DNA of 64,000 bases from a bacterium (GCA_037146995.1 JBAWWA010000007.1:22-64021), one strand, 5' to 3'. Shown: positions 1-8,973, counted from the stretch's first letter. Program-made: numbers and translations. Notes: generated by a model not told the origin, from the sequence alone.

Positions 1-2
1 CG

Positions 3-812
3 CTTGGTGGTGGTGAACCGACACTACATCCAAATTTTATTGAAATATTAAAATTTGCCAGGAAATGCGGCATTATTCCAAACCTAGCTACCAATGGTGC
101 TGAGCTTTCGGCAAAAAATATTCTTGGCATTGCTAGATACGCCGGAGCCGTTGCTTTGAGTGTAGAGTTTATAGGTGATGAATTTGAAAAAAGGCGAGGC
201 TTTGCTTTTGAGACCTGGTTAAAGAGCTATAAAAAACTTAAACGCGTTGGCGTTAGAGTGGTATTTCAATTAACCGTGAGTCAAGCCAATATTGCCGATT
301 TGCCGAAAATAATTGACTATTTATATCAGCTACAGCCCTATGGCATTATTTTTTTAACCTTCAAGCCTTATGGCCGTGGCTTGAATTTTGACGCACCATT
401 GTCAACTGTTGATCTTAAAGTGGTTCAAGATACTCTGCGTCAGTCAATTTCAGATTCTGATTCAGAGATAAATATCGGCTATGATTGCTGTCTTGGCAAT
501 GGCCTGGTCGGTCTCGGTCTTCAAGGTGATGAACAAATCAAAGGTTGCAGCGCAATGCGGTCTAGTCTAGCCATTAATGCCAATCTCGATGTCGTGCCAT
601 GTAGCTTTACAGCTCAACCGGTAGGTAATTTGGAGCATAATACCATTAAAGATATTTGGTTAAATCAGGCTGCGACAGATTGGCGTAACAGATTTGTTGA
701 GAAAATACAGCTTGATCATTTGTGCTCTAGTTGCAAGTATAATATAAACTGTCTTGGCGGCTGCCCTGAATTCAAATTAGTAAAATGCTACAAAGAAAAA
801 AGTCCTTGTTAA
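3..812 (+). CDS. radical SAM enzyme with C-terminal SPASM-type Cys-rich domain (5' end outside window)
   Basis: Frame 3 is open from the window edge (LGGGEPTLHPNFIEILKFARKCG..., a radical-SAM GGGEP-type motif) and runs into the listed ORF. The C-terminus carries Cys clusters GCSAMR..VVPCSF and CSSCKYNINCLGGCP typical of SPASM auxiliary Fe-S domains. The CxxxCxxC site lies upstream of the window. Confidence 0.75.
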   Translation, partial: LGGGEPTLHPNFIEILKFARKCGIIPNLATNGAELSAKNILGIARYAGAVALSVEFIGDEFEKRRGFAFETWLKSYKKLKRVGVRVVFQLTVSQANIADLPKIIDYLYQLQPYGIIFLTFKPYGRGLNFDAPLSTVDLKVVQDTLRQSISDSDSEINIGYDCCLGNGLVGLGLQGDEQIKGCSAMRSSLAINANLDVVPCSFTAQPVGNLEHNTIKDIWLNQAATDWRNRFVEKIQLDHLCSSCKYNINCLGGCPEFKLVKCYKEKSPC

Positions 813-825
813 TCCAAGGACTTTT
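797..825. terminator. bidirectional hairpin terminator between convergent genes
   Basis: AAAAGTCCTTG-TTAATC-CAAGGACTTTT: an 11-bp stem flanked by an A-run and a T-run, overlapping the stop codon at 810-812. Confidence 0.6.
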
Positions 826-829
826 GAGT

Positions 830-1897
830 TTAAAAAACAAAGGTGCGAATACCTGCGTAGCTAATTAGCAAGCCCATCCAAACAGACAGGGCGGAGGCAT
901 ACTCAGTTAGTGGCGTATTGAAATATAATTTACCGATTGGCACGCATTTATGGGCTGGACTAAAATTGTAACCTGCAAATTCCATGCAGAAAAACCAAAC
1001 GAGATACTGCGGGCCGTAAATACTGACGAGAATTGCTAGTAGACCGGCAAATTTACCTGAACTGCCCATAAACCAGCTAGCGCCAAAGGCTAATAAGGAA
1101 ATTGCAATCGCCCCGGTCAAGGTGTGAATGTCGAGCCAAGTTGAATGTCTGATAAATACCTCTATCTCTTTACCGTAGCAAGCGGTAATTTTCCCGAAAA
1201 AAATAATCAAGGCCAAAAATCCCACTAGATTCCATTTAATGTAGCTATTAATTTTTTTAAAATCGTAACTCTCAGTAGCGATTATGTAGTAAATGGCTAA
1301 ATCTAGCATGATATATGAACTCCAAGAGTCATAAATAATAATAGCAAAAATTGCCACCATAAAAGGCGCGAACCCACGTAGTAGTCGTAACCAATTAATT
1401 GGTTCAGATGAGTCAACAATCGATATTTCATTTTCCTCAACTCTTACGCCGATATACCAAAATATATAAACAATTGAAATTGCGAGTAGAGGTAATGAAT
1501 AGGCCATAAATTGCGGCCAGGACAGAGACAGGGCAGCCATAGGTACGATAACGGTCTTTTCGAGCGGCGACCAAAGGTAGTAATGATGCGTTGATAAATA
1601 ATCAATGATGCCAAACTTTTCACGACCACCACTCTTTATAGCTTTATCACTGGTAATTAGCGAAAGAACTCCAGCTGAGACAACGACTCGACCACTAATA
1701 GGTAGAATACCAGATATTAATGAGATTAAAGCTAAAACAATTTTTTTATTTTTAACCCTTGCGATAATCAGGCGAAAAATATCATTAAACAAACCATGGT
1801 CTTTGATAATACCTGAGGCCACCATAACACCGATCAATAACAATAAATAATGCTGAGCATGTAGACCCTCAATTAATGCTCCAGTCAACTTTTCCAT
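830..1897 (-). CDS. polytopic integral membrane protein, putative transporter/permease (function unknown)
   Basis: 355-aa ORF with about 10 hydrophobic segments and a strong SD (GGAGGT) 7 nt upstream of the ATG. The family was not recognised with confidence. Confidence 0.6.
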   Translation of the reverse strand: MEKLTGALIEGLHAQHYLLLLIGVMVASGIIKDHGLFNDIFRLIIARVKNKKIVLALISLISGILPISGRVVVSAGVLSLITSDKAIKSGGREKFGIIDYLSTHHYYLWSPLEKTVIVPMAALSLSWPQFMAYSLPLLAISIVYIFWYIGVRVEENEISIVDSSEPINWLRLLRGFAPFMVAIFAIIIYDSWSSYIMLDLAIYYIIATESYDFKKINSYIKWNLVGFLALIIFFGKITACYGKEIEVFIRHSTWLDIHTLTGAIAISLLAFGASWFMGSSGKFAGLLAILVSIYGPQYLVWFFCMEFAGYNFSPAHKCVPIGKLYFNTPLTEYASALSVWMGLLISYAGIRTFVF

Positions 1898-2037
1898 TTT
1901 ACCTCCCTTTGTTTATTTTTTTATAAAGAACATATGGCTATTTATACCAATATTTTCATAATTTAGCAAGAATCAAGACTTTGACTTTTTATGAAAATTG
2001 GGCTAGTATTATTCTATATTTACTCGTATTACACAGC

Positions 2038-3303
2038 ATGCTAGACATAAAATTTATCAGGGAAAACCTGGAACTTGTAAGACAAAATTGCAAAAATCGC
2101 TTAGTAGAAGTCGACCTAGATCGACTAATTGCTCTTGACATAGAAAGACGTGCCACCGAGACTGAACTTGATATACTTCGAGCCGAGCGCAATAAAGTTT
2201 CAAAAATCAAACCGACACCTGAGCTGATAGAAAAAATGAAAACTGTCGGCGAAAAAATTAAAAATCTTGAAGCAAAGTCTGAAGAGCTACTACCAGAATA
2301 TCGCAATCTACTATTGATGATTCCGAACATGACCCATCAGGATGTTAAGGTTAGTGATAACGAGGACGATAATCCGGTCATTGAGACTTATTTAACGCCA
2401 ACTAAATTTGATTTTGTACCGCTCGACCATGTTGAATTAGCTGAAAAGCACGATTTGATTGATTTTGAAAGAGGTACTAAAGTCTCTGGGGCTAAATTTT
2501 ATTATCTAAAAAAGGAACTAGTTATGCTTGAGCTGGCATTGATTCAGTATGCTCTGAGCATCGCCACGCGGCATGGCTATATTCCTATTATAACGCCTGA
2601 TCTTGCCAAAAGAGAGGTGCTTGAAGGTCTAGGCTTCAATCCCAGAGGCGAGTCGACGCAGGTCTACAACGTCAATGATTCCGATTTATGCCTCATTGGG
2701 ACGGCTGAGATTACGATGGGTGGATACCACATGAATGAGGTTTTTTCTGAACTTGAGTTGCCAAAAAAATACGTGGCAATTTCACATTGCTTTAGAACCG
2801 AAGCAGGGAGTTATTCGAAGTTTTCTAAAGGAATTTTTCGCGTCCATCAGTTTACCAAAATTGAAATGTTCCAATATGTAACGCCAGAAATTTCCGAAGC
2901 TGCTCACCTAGAAATTCTAGGCATTGAAAAAGAAATCTTTCAAGGACTTAAAATACCTTTTAGGGTTGTAGACCATTGCACTGCAGACCTAGGCGGACCA
3001 TCGATTAGGACTTATGACCTGGAGGCCTGGATGCCTGGAAAACCCAATGCAAAAGAGGGTATGGGTGATTGGGCTGAAATAACCTCGACCTCAAATTGCA
3101 CCGACTATCAATCACGTGGCCTAAACATTAAATACAAGGATGTAAACGGTGACCGGCACTTTGTCCATATGTTAAATGGCACAGCTGTCGCCGTGACCAG
3201 AGCGATGATAGCCGTAATTGAAAATTATCAAACCGCCAGCGGTTTGATCATGATTCCACAAGTCTTATTACCATACATGGCAGGGATAACCGAGATAAAA
3301 TAA
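2038..3303 (+). CDS. serS: seryl-tRNA synthetase
   Basis: Canonical N-terminus MLDIKFIRENLELV plus a coiled-coil arm. Class II motifs are present (FRTEAGS, HQFTKIEMF, GTAVAVTRAMIAVIENYQ). The ATG at 2038 is preferred over the TTG at 1981. Confidence 0.95.
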   Translation: MLDIKFIRENLELVRQNCKNRLVEVDLDRLIALDIERRATETELDILRAERNKVSKIKPTPELIEKMKTVGEKIKNLEAKSEELLPEYRNLLLMIPNMTHQDVKVSDNEDDNPVIETYLTPTKFDFVPLDHVELAEKHDLIDFERGTKVSGAKFYYLKKELVMLELALIQYALSIATRHGYIPIITPDLAKREVLEGLGFNPRGESTQVYNVNDSDLCLIGTAEITMGGYHMNEVFSELELPKKYVAISHCFRTEAGSYSKFSKGIFRVHQFTKIEMFQYVTPEISEAAHLEILGIEKEIFQGLKIPFRVVDHCTADLGGPSIRTYDLEAWMPGKPNAKEGMGDWAEITSTSNCTDYQSRGLNIKYKDVNGDRHFVHMLNGTAVAVTRAMIAVIENYQTASGLIMIPQVLLPYMAGITEIK

Positions 3304-3316
3304 TTAATTTTGAAAT

Positions 3317-4174
3317 ATGACACAAGGAGGTCGCCGTTTCAAAAAGCACGACTATCACAAAAAGAAATACTCAAACCCTTTATTTAACAATAAGAAGACG
3401 GTTAGTTTTAGTTTTGTCAAACTGCTAGCTAAAATTAATTTTAAATCGACGTTCGTTTTTTTTATTGTATTTATTTTAATCGTCGGCGCTATTTGGTTTT
3501 TTACGTTTTCTAATTATTTTCGCATCCAAAATATTAGTCTCACCATACCGAGCAAGTATTCTCAAGCTGAAATCAATCAATTAGTTTGGCAAGAAGCCGA
3601 CGGTAAAGCCTTATTTTTTTCAAAGCATAATATTTTATTTTTTAACACTGAAAACATTAGAAATCTTATTAACAATCGTTATACAGTCAGTAATTTGAAA
3701 GTGGTAAAAAAATTACCTAACAAAATTTTGATTTCTTTTGAGGATAAAGTTTATAAGATCTTATGGCAAGAAGCTAATCTAAACTACCTCATAAGCCCTG
3801 AAGACGGGCTAGCGAAGTCGATAGATACCAATTTGATTAAAGTTGATGGTTTACCGACAATCGTAAATACTGGGCAAATTAAAATTGTCGATAATAAATT
3901 AACGGATACGAAATTGGTGACTTTTATTTTTACCGCCAATATGCAGCTAGCCAAAAACTCAAAATTCAAAATCGAAAATTTTAGGGTAGGGGATGACATC
4001 GGCCTGATTGAGGTCAAATTCAAAGATGGGCCGATTGTGAAATTGTCAACTGAAGAAAACTTGGACAAACAACTCGAAAAATTATATAATATAATCAACT
4101 TGAAATTAAAAGATGATTTTAAAAATAAATCTTATATAGATGTGCGCTATGGTGACACGGTTTATATAAAATAA
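3317..4174 (+). CDS. FtsQ/DivIB-like cell-division protein (N-terminal TM + POTRA-like domain)
   Basis: Basic N-terminus and a single TM (FVFFIVFILIVGAIWFF), followed by a POTRA-like pattern FRIQNISLT...LKVVKKLPNKILISFEDKV. Assignment is by pattern only. Confidence 0.5.
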   Translation: MTQGGRRFKKHDYHKKKYSNPLFNNKKTVSFSFVKLLAKINFKSTFVFFIVFILIVGAIWFFTFSNYFRIQNISLTIPSKYSQAEINQLVWQEADGKALFFSKHNILFFNTENIRNLINNRYTVSNLKVVKKLPNKILISFEDKVYKILWQEANLNYLISPEDGLAKSIDTNLIKVDGLPTIVNTGQIKIVDNKLTDTKLVTFIFTANMQLAKNSKFKIENFRVGDDIGLIEVKFKDGPIVKLSTEENLDKQLEKLYNIINLKLKDDFKNKSYIDVRYGDTVYIK

Positions 4175-4181
4175 TATTCTT

Positions 4182-4538
4182 ATGGCTGTAAAAAAGGAGG
4201 CAGTTAATACTCATAAAAAAATCTCACCCAAAAAAACTATACCCAAGGCAATCAAGCCAACTAAAATCGTGAGACAAATCGCTCCCGAAGAGCCACGTCT
4301 AGAATCACTGGCACTGATTAGTCATCTTCATGCCAAGTCAGATCGTAAGCCAATCAAATTCACCTTCAGCTTTTTACGCCTAAATGCTTTTTTAGAATCA
4401 AATCCGAGTTTGTGGTGCATTGCCTGGGCTTTATTATGGCGAGGCTTTATCTTAATTGTGTTGTCAAAATTCATCTTTAGCTTAAGTACAAGTCTGTTAA
4501 CAAACTTCCTTTACAACTCATTTTTAAAATTCTTATAA
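4182..4538 (+). CDS. hypothetical membrane protein with Lys-rich N-terminus
   Basis: 118-aa ORF 7 nt after the previous stop, with a hydrophobic C-terminal half. No recognisable family. Confidence 0.4.
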   Translation: MAVKKEAVNTHKKISPKKTIPKAIKPTKIVRQIAPEEPRLESLALISHLHAKSDRKPIKFTFSFLRLNAFLESNPSLWCIAWALLWRGFILIVLSKFIFSLSTSLLTNFLYNSFLKFL

Positions 4539-4539
4539 T

Positions 4540-4695
4540 ATGTTTGACGCTGAAAAGATTTTTAGATTTGTCTTTGGCTTTGGCATAGTCATATTTTGCG
4601 TAACCGTTATTGGCTTGTTTTTACTCGGTCTCAAAGTCTCACTCATCTTTACGCCAAAGATTGAAATGATGGGGCTTGTTATAACTACTTACTAA
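4540..4695 (+). CDS. possible 51-aa small membrane protein
   Basis: Not in the ORF track (<60 aa). The ATG is coupled to the previous stop (TAAtATG). Translation is MFDAEKIFRFVFGFGIVIFCVTVIGLFLLGLKVSLIFTPKIEMMGLVITTY, and a hairpin follows. Confidence 0.3.
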   Translation: MFDAEKIFRFVFGFGIVIFCVTVIGLFLLGLKVSLIFTPKIEMMGLVITTY

Positions 4696-4714
4696 AACCG
4701 AACAGACCTATATA

Positions 4715-4734
4715 AAAGCCCATAATTGGGCTTT
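4715..4734 (+). terminator. hairpin downstream of small ORF (weak T tract)
   Basis: AAAGCCCA-TAAT-TGGGCTTT, nested inside a second inverted repeat AACCGAACA (4696-4704) / TGTTCGGTT (4750-4758). Confidence 0.45.
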
Positions 4735-4802
4735 ATTCTTAATAACCTATGTTCGGTTAATCTACATTACGCGAACCTATAGATATTGCTTTTTGAATAA
4801 GG

Positions 4803-4808
4803 TATAAT
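4803..4808 (+). promoter_or_regulatory. -10 box TATAAT 6 nt upstream of the recombinase ATG (leaderless candidate)
   Basis: ggTATAATataaccATG, with no SD possible. The -35 region is weak. Confidence 0.4.
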
Positions 4809-4814
4809 ATAACC

Positions 4815-5777
4815 ATGAAATCTAACAAGCCCATAATCGAACACAACCAAGACTTCCTGGATTATATCGAGATTGAAAAAGGCCTCTCCTCTGTCTCGCA
4901 AGCCAACTATCATCGCTTCCTCAAAAAGTTTTATAATTGGCTTGATTTAGAAAATTTAAAAAAATTAAAGCCGCATGAATTGTCCGCCGAACATATTTGG
5001 AGTTATCGGCTGTACCTATCACGCAGCCTAACTGACAAGAAATTACCCCTCAAAAAGTCGACCCAAAATTACTACCTCATTGCCCTACGCAATTTATTAA
5101 GTTTTTTTGTGGAAAAAGACGTGGAATCTATCCCGCCCGATAAAATAAAATTAGCCAAGGATAAGCACGCCAAGGAGGTAAAATTCTTAAAAATCGATCA
5201 GTTAGAGCGGTTACTCCTGGCACCGGATATCAAGCAGCTTTCTGGCCTGCGTGACCGGGCTTTACTCGAGACGCTGTTCTCCACCGGTCTGCGGGTGGCT
5301 GAATTAGCAGCCCTTAATAGAGAACAGTTGCGTATCAGGAAGGAGACTAATTTTCTCGAAATTAGTGTCGTGGGCAAGGGAAGTAAGGTCAGGACAGTCT
5401 ATTTTTCTGAGCGAGCCATTACCTGGATCAGAAATTACAACAATAAAAGAACCGACACCGACCCTGCCCTTTGGATAAATTTTAATCCAGGCAAAAAGGA
5501 GGATGAAATCGATTCAAGGCGCCTGTCAATTCGCAGTATTGAAAATATCGTCAAAAAATACGTGATCACGTCTGGTTTACCAATCATGTCGAGTCCTCAT
5601 ACCCTTAGGCATACCTACGCCACAGATTTATTGGCCCAAGGCGTGGATTTACGTTTAGTGCAAGAATTTTTGGGTCATTCCAATATCTCAACGACCCAAA
5701 TCTATACCCATGTAACCAACAAACAGCTCAGCGACGTTCATAAAAAATTCCATTCTGGCAAAAATTTGCATAAGTAG
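4815..5777 (+). CDS. tyrosine site-specific recombinase, XerC/XerD type
   Basis: N-terminal SAM-like core-binding domain. Catalytic signature is complete: LRDRALLETLFSTGLRVAEL (Arg), GKGSKVR (Lys), HTLRHTYATDLL (His-x-x-Arg), LGHSNISTTQIYTHV (His, Tyr). Confidence 0.85.
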   Translation: MKSNKPIIEHNQDFLDYIEIEKGLSSVSQANYHRFLKKFYNWLDLENLKKLKPHELSAEHIWSYRLYLSRSLTDKKLPLKKSTQNYYLIALRNLLSFFVEKDVESIPPDKIKLAKDKHAKEVKFLKIDQLERLLLAPDIKQLSGLRDRALLETLFSTGLRVAELAALNREQLRIRKETNFLEISVVGKGSKVRTVYFSERAITWIRNYNNKRTDTDPALWINFNPGKKEDEIDSRRLSIRSIENIVKKYVITSGLPIMSSPHTLRHTYATDLLAQGVDLRLVQEFLGHSNISTTQIYTHVTNKQLSDVHKKFHSGKNLHK

Positions 5778-5794
5778 CCCTTCCCCGTATTTAA

Positions 5795-5825
5795 TAAAAA
5801 ACCGCTAATTTTAGCGGTTTTTTAT
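5795..5825. terminator. bidirectional rho-independent terminator
   Basis: AAAAAACCGCTAA-TTT-TAGCGGTTTTTT between convergent genes. Confidence 0.7.
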
Positions 5826-7055
5826 TTATTGTAAATAATCTAACGGATTGACTGGGATACCGTTTAAACGGACCTCAAAATGCATGTGTGGGCCAGAGGT
5901 TAGTTTACCGGCTCCGGGTGTGCCTGGCATGGCACCAGACAAACCGATAACATCACCTTGATTGACGTATGAGTCTTCTTCGACCAAAATCTTTGAAACA
6001 TGACCATAAACCGTGGCTAAACCGTCAGCATGCACGATCATAATGTAACTATAACCCATACCGGCATCCTTGGCTCTTGCCACATAACCGGCGGCGGCGG
6101 CGTGGACTTTGGTGCCTTGGGGTGCTCGAATATCAATTGCGGGATGTTCGAACAAGTATCTGAATGGATAATCAGGATCATGAAAATAGGCAGTGATAGT
6201 ATTTTTAGGGACTGGCCAAGTTAGGCCATCAGGATTACTAACCAACTGTTCTTTGCTAGCTTGTAATTTCTGACGGGCTTTTTGCTCATAACTGACTGCA
6301 TCTGCCGAGGCCTGGGATTGTTCTTTTTTGGCTTGAGCAATTAGCGTTTCATATTCAGCCTCCGAGATCATGATTTGCGACAAAATTACAGATTTATTTT
6401 CCTTTTCCGCTTGCAGTTTAGCTAATTTGTCGTCGTATTCAATTTTCAGCTTAGCAAGTTCGGCGACTTTGGTATTTAACTCTGCTTTTTTAGTTTCGAG
6501 TGAGGCTTTGACATCGCGCAAACTGCCAAGACTCAAAGCTAGTTCCCCGTTAACGTCACCTAGGTATTTGAGTTGGTTTAGAAAATCAGAAAATGAATCA
6601 TTTAAAAGCAGTATTTCAAGCGAACTTGTCTGATTTTCCTTGTACAATACTCGCAAGACTGAGCTAATATGTTCTTTTTCCTTGTCGATCGCTTCCTGCT
6701 TATCAAAGATTTCTAAATTGGTCTTGCGCACTTGAAGTTCAGTCTGGTCAAGATTTAATTTAATTGAGTCGGCCTCGATCTGTGTTTTGGCTACATGATT
6801 GTCGAGCATGGCAATCTGATAATTCAAATCTATTTTTTCGTCTTGCTTTTGCGCAAGCAGAGCCTCGTATTCCTTTTGCTTTTTTTGCAGTTCATCGGCC
6901 TGCTCTCGCTTGAGACGAATTTGACGATTCAGCTCTACTACCTCTGGGTTATTCGAGGCGTCTGTCACTTCACCCCTGGCCAAAAATATTCCCGAACTAA
7001 CGGGTATTATCATAATTAGAACAAGAAATAATATTTTGATTTTGGATTTTAACAT
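5826..7055 (-). CDS. M23 family metallopeptidase with long N-terminal coiled coil (EnvC-like murein hydrolase/activator)
   Basis: Signal/TM at the N-terminus and about 250 aa of heptad-rich sequence. The C-terminal LytM domain carries the motifs HPAIDIRAP, GHVSKILV and GPHMHFEVRLNG. Confidence 0.85.
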   Translation of the reverse strand: MLKSKIKILFLVLIMIIPVSSGIFLARGEVTDASNNPEVVELNRQIRLKREQADELQKKQKEYEALLAQKQDEKIDLNYQIAMLDNHVAKTQIEADSIKLNLDQTELQVRKTNLEIFDKQEAIDKEKEHISSVLRVLYKENQTSSLEILLLNDSFSDFLNQLKYLGDVNGELALSLGSLRDVKASLETKKAELNTKVAELAKLKIEYDDKLAKLQAEKENKSVILSQIMISEAEYETLIAQAKKEQSQASADAVSYEQKARQKLQASKEQLVSNPDGLTWPVPKNTITAYFHDPDYPFRYLFEHPAIDIRAPQGTKVHAAAAGYVARAKDAGMGYSYIMIVHADGLATVYGHVSKILVEEDSYVNQGDVIGLSGAMPGTPGAGKLTSGPHMHFEVRLNGIPVNPLDYLQ

Positions 7056-7063
7056 ATGCTTCT

Positions 7064-7073
7064 ATTATAGCAC
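7064..7073 (-). promoter_or_regulatory. extended -10 promoter (TGTGCTATAAT) 8 nt upstream of the M23 peptidase ATG
   Basis: The minus strand reads caaaaTGTGCTATAATagaagcatATG, so the leader is very short or absent. Confidence 0.5.
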
Positions 7074-7205
7074 ATTTTGCCTATACCTGAAAATAGTATG
7101 CTATTTTGGTCCGACATTTGCTAGCCAACCAAAGGTGCTTTCAAAATTCTTGATAATCAAGTCAAAGACCGAGGCGCGCTGTTGCGGGGTGAGGATGTAA
7201 AAAAT

Positions 7206-7259
7206 AAAAAAATCCCCTTCAAATTAGTATTAACTACTTAGTATCTAGGGGATTTTTTT
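7206..7259 (-). terminator. gltX terminator (long-loop hairpin)
   Basis: AAAAAAATCCCCT ... AGGGGATTTTTTT with a 28-nt loop, directly after the gltX stop. Confidence 0.5.
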
Positions 7260-7266
7260 AAGTATT

Positions 7267-8766
7267 TTATTTGCCCAGTTTTTCAATAGCAAATCTGAGT
7301 CGCACTAAGGTCTGGTCTTTATCCAGGGCCTCTGCCACCTCAAACGGTCCAGGACTGGCCTTATGTCCGGTCAACGCGACCCGCAGTGGCCAGAGATATT
7401 CACCATTGGTCTTGCCAAGATTCTTGATATGGCCGAGACAAGCATCCGAGGTCGAGTGCTTGGTCCATTCGGCCGCTGGAATATTTTCAAGTACCTGATA
7501 TATATCCTTTAAATTCGTCTTGATATCTTCATAACTAAATTGTTTCCATTTGAGGAGCTCTAGGTCGTAATGCGGCTTAATAAACAAAAACTCAGTCAAT
7601 TCACCAATATCACTTAATTTTTTCATCCGATCCTGAGCCAGAGCGACGTATAATTTTAATTTTGAAGGTAGCAAGGCCTCGCCGGTTTGATTATTAATAT
7701 AACCCTGCCCCACAACCTCAATCAATTTGGCCTCAACCAAGTATGGCACAACAAGTTTTAGTAATTGCTCATGATCGAGCTGCCGTAAATAATAACCATT
7801 GAGATAGTCCAATTTTTCCAAATCAAAAATCGCCGGACTTGTCCCGATATCCTCGATCTTGAATTGCTCGCAGATTTGCTCAAAGGTCAGGATCTCCTCT
7901 TCACCTTTGGGATGCCAACCGAGCAAGCCACAAAAATTAATCATTGTTTCCTTGAGATAACCCTTGGCTAAAAAATCCTCCACCGAAACATCGCCTTGTC
8001 TTTTTGACAATTTCCCTCCTTCTTTATTAAGTATCAATGGAGCATGAATGTATTTTGGGGCAGACCAACCGAAGGCCTGGTAAAGCAAGATATTTTTGGG
8101 GAAAGATGAGATCCATTCGTCACCGCGCACGATATGCGTAATCTCCATCAGATGATCATCAACTACGTTGGCAAATTGATATGTCGGCATGCCGTCTGAT
8201 TTGATCAAGACGTGATCCTCAAGATTTTCAGCCTTAAAACTGATATCACCATGAATCTCGTCATGCACCACGACTTCCCCGCTAAGCGGCATTTTTTGGC
8301 GAATAGTATAAGTTTCACCTGTGGCAATTTTTGCCTCAACTTCTTCATGACTAAGATCGCGACAGGCTCGATTATAACGTGGTGGTAATTTATTGGCATT
8401 TTGCTCCTCGCGTAGACTCGTCAATTTTTCAGCCGAGCAAAAACAATAATAGGCCTCATTTTTGGCGAGTAGCTCCTTGATATATTGATCATAAATTACC
8501 TGACGTTCACTCTGAACATAGGGTCCAAAATTACCGCCCAAGCCTGGCCCTTCATCAAAATGGAGGTCGAGCGCTGCAAAAACTTCGTATAACTTTTCAG
8601 CCGCTCCAGCAATCTGTCTTTTCTTGTCAGTGTCTTCAAGACGAAAAATACACTGGCCACCATAGTGTCTAGCGATAAAAAAATCAAACAAGGCCATACG
8701 TAAACCGCCGACGTGCAAATAACCGGTGGGCGATGGAGCAAAACGAACTCTAACTGACGTATTCAT
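7267..8766 (-). CDS. gltX: glutamyl-tRNA synthetase
   Basis: N-terminus VRVRFAPSPTGYLHVGGLRMALF (HIGH-type motif) and KLSKRQG (KMSKS motif). The 499-aa length fits. Confidence 0.95.
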   Translation of the reverse strand: MNTSVRVRFAPSPTGYLHVGGLRMALFDFFIARHYGGQCIFRLEDTDKKRQIAGAAEKLYEVFAALDLHFDEGPGLGGNFGPYVQSERQVIYDQYIKELLAKNEAYYCFCSAEKLTSLREEQNANKLPPRYNRACRDLSHEEVEAKIATGETYTIRQKMPLSGEVVVHDEIHGDISFKAENLEDHVLIKSDGMPTYQFANVVDDHLMEITHIVRGDEWISSFPKNILLYQAFGWSAPKYIHAPLILNKEGGKLSKRQGDVSVEDFLAKGYLKETMINFCGLLGWHPKGEEEILTFEQICEQFKIEDIGTSPAIFDLEKLDYLNGYYLRQLDHEQLLKLVVPYLVEAKLIEVVGQGYINNQTGEALLPSKLKLYVALAQDRMKKLSDIGELTEFLFIKPHYDLELLKWKQFSYEDIKTNLKDIYQVLENIPAAEWTKHSTSDACLGHIKNLGKTNGEYLWPLRVALTGHKASPGPFEVAEALDKDQTLVRLRFAIEKLGK

Positions 8767-8926
8767 AAATATTAAATAAAATTGAAATTAATAAAATTGA
8801 AATCAAAATAAAAATATAAAGGCGTTGCTGACGAATAACATTTGACTGATCAAGCCGATCCTTGTCGAGGATCAGACTAGTCACATCGTTTAACAAATAG
8901 ATATATTTTTTAAAACCAAATTTCAT
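8750..8926 (-). CDS. possible 58-aa small membrane protein overlapping the gltX start
   Basis: My own translation is MKFGFKKYIYLLNDVTSLILDKDRLDQSNVIRQQRLYIFILISILLISILFNIYEYVS, with a C-terminal TM. It is below the ORF-track cutoff and has no clear SD. Confidence 0.25.
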   Translation of the reverse strand: MKFGFKKYIYLLNDVTSLILDKDRLDQSNVIRQQRLYIFILISILLISILFNIYEYVS

Positions 8927-8973
8927 ATTATTTTCACTACTACTCTCAAATCAATCAAGAGTTTTTTATTTGA

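Noticed and set aside
1981-2037. TTG-initiated extension of serS (also 16683 for fmt, 42645 for galU, 10228 for the FabZ-like gene, 22141 for pilB, 52502 for the small membrane protein)
   Set aside because: In each case the conserved N-terminus of the family starts at an internal ATG. The extension overlaps a neighbouring gene or a promoter -10 box.
4815-5777. Tyrosine recombinase as marker of an integrated mobile element
   Set aside because: The flanks are housekeeping or cell-division genes. No direct repeats, phage or transposon genes lie nearby, and the domain organisation is Xer-like. It is 12 kb from the tRNA-Glu att scar and separated from it by core genes.
7064-7079. 16-nt exact repeat ATTATAGCACATTTTG shared with 18307-18322
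   Set aside because: Both copies are the extended -10 region (caaaaTGTGCTATAAT on the minus strand) of two unrelated promoters. This is shared promoter architecture rather than a dispersed repeat family.
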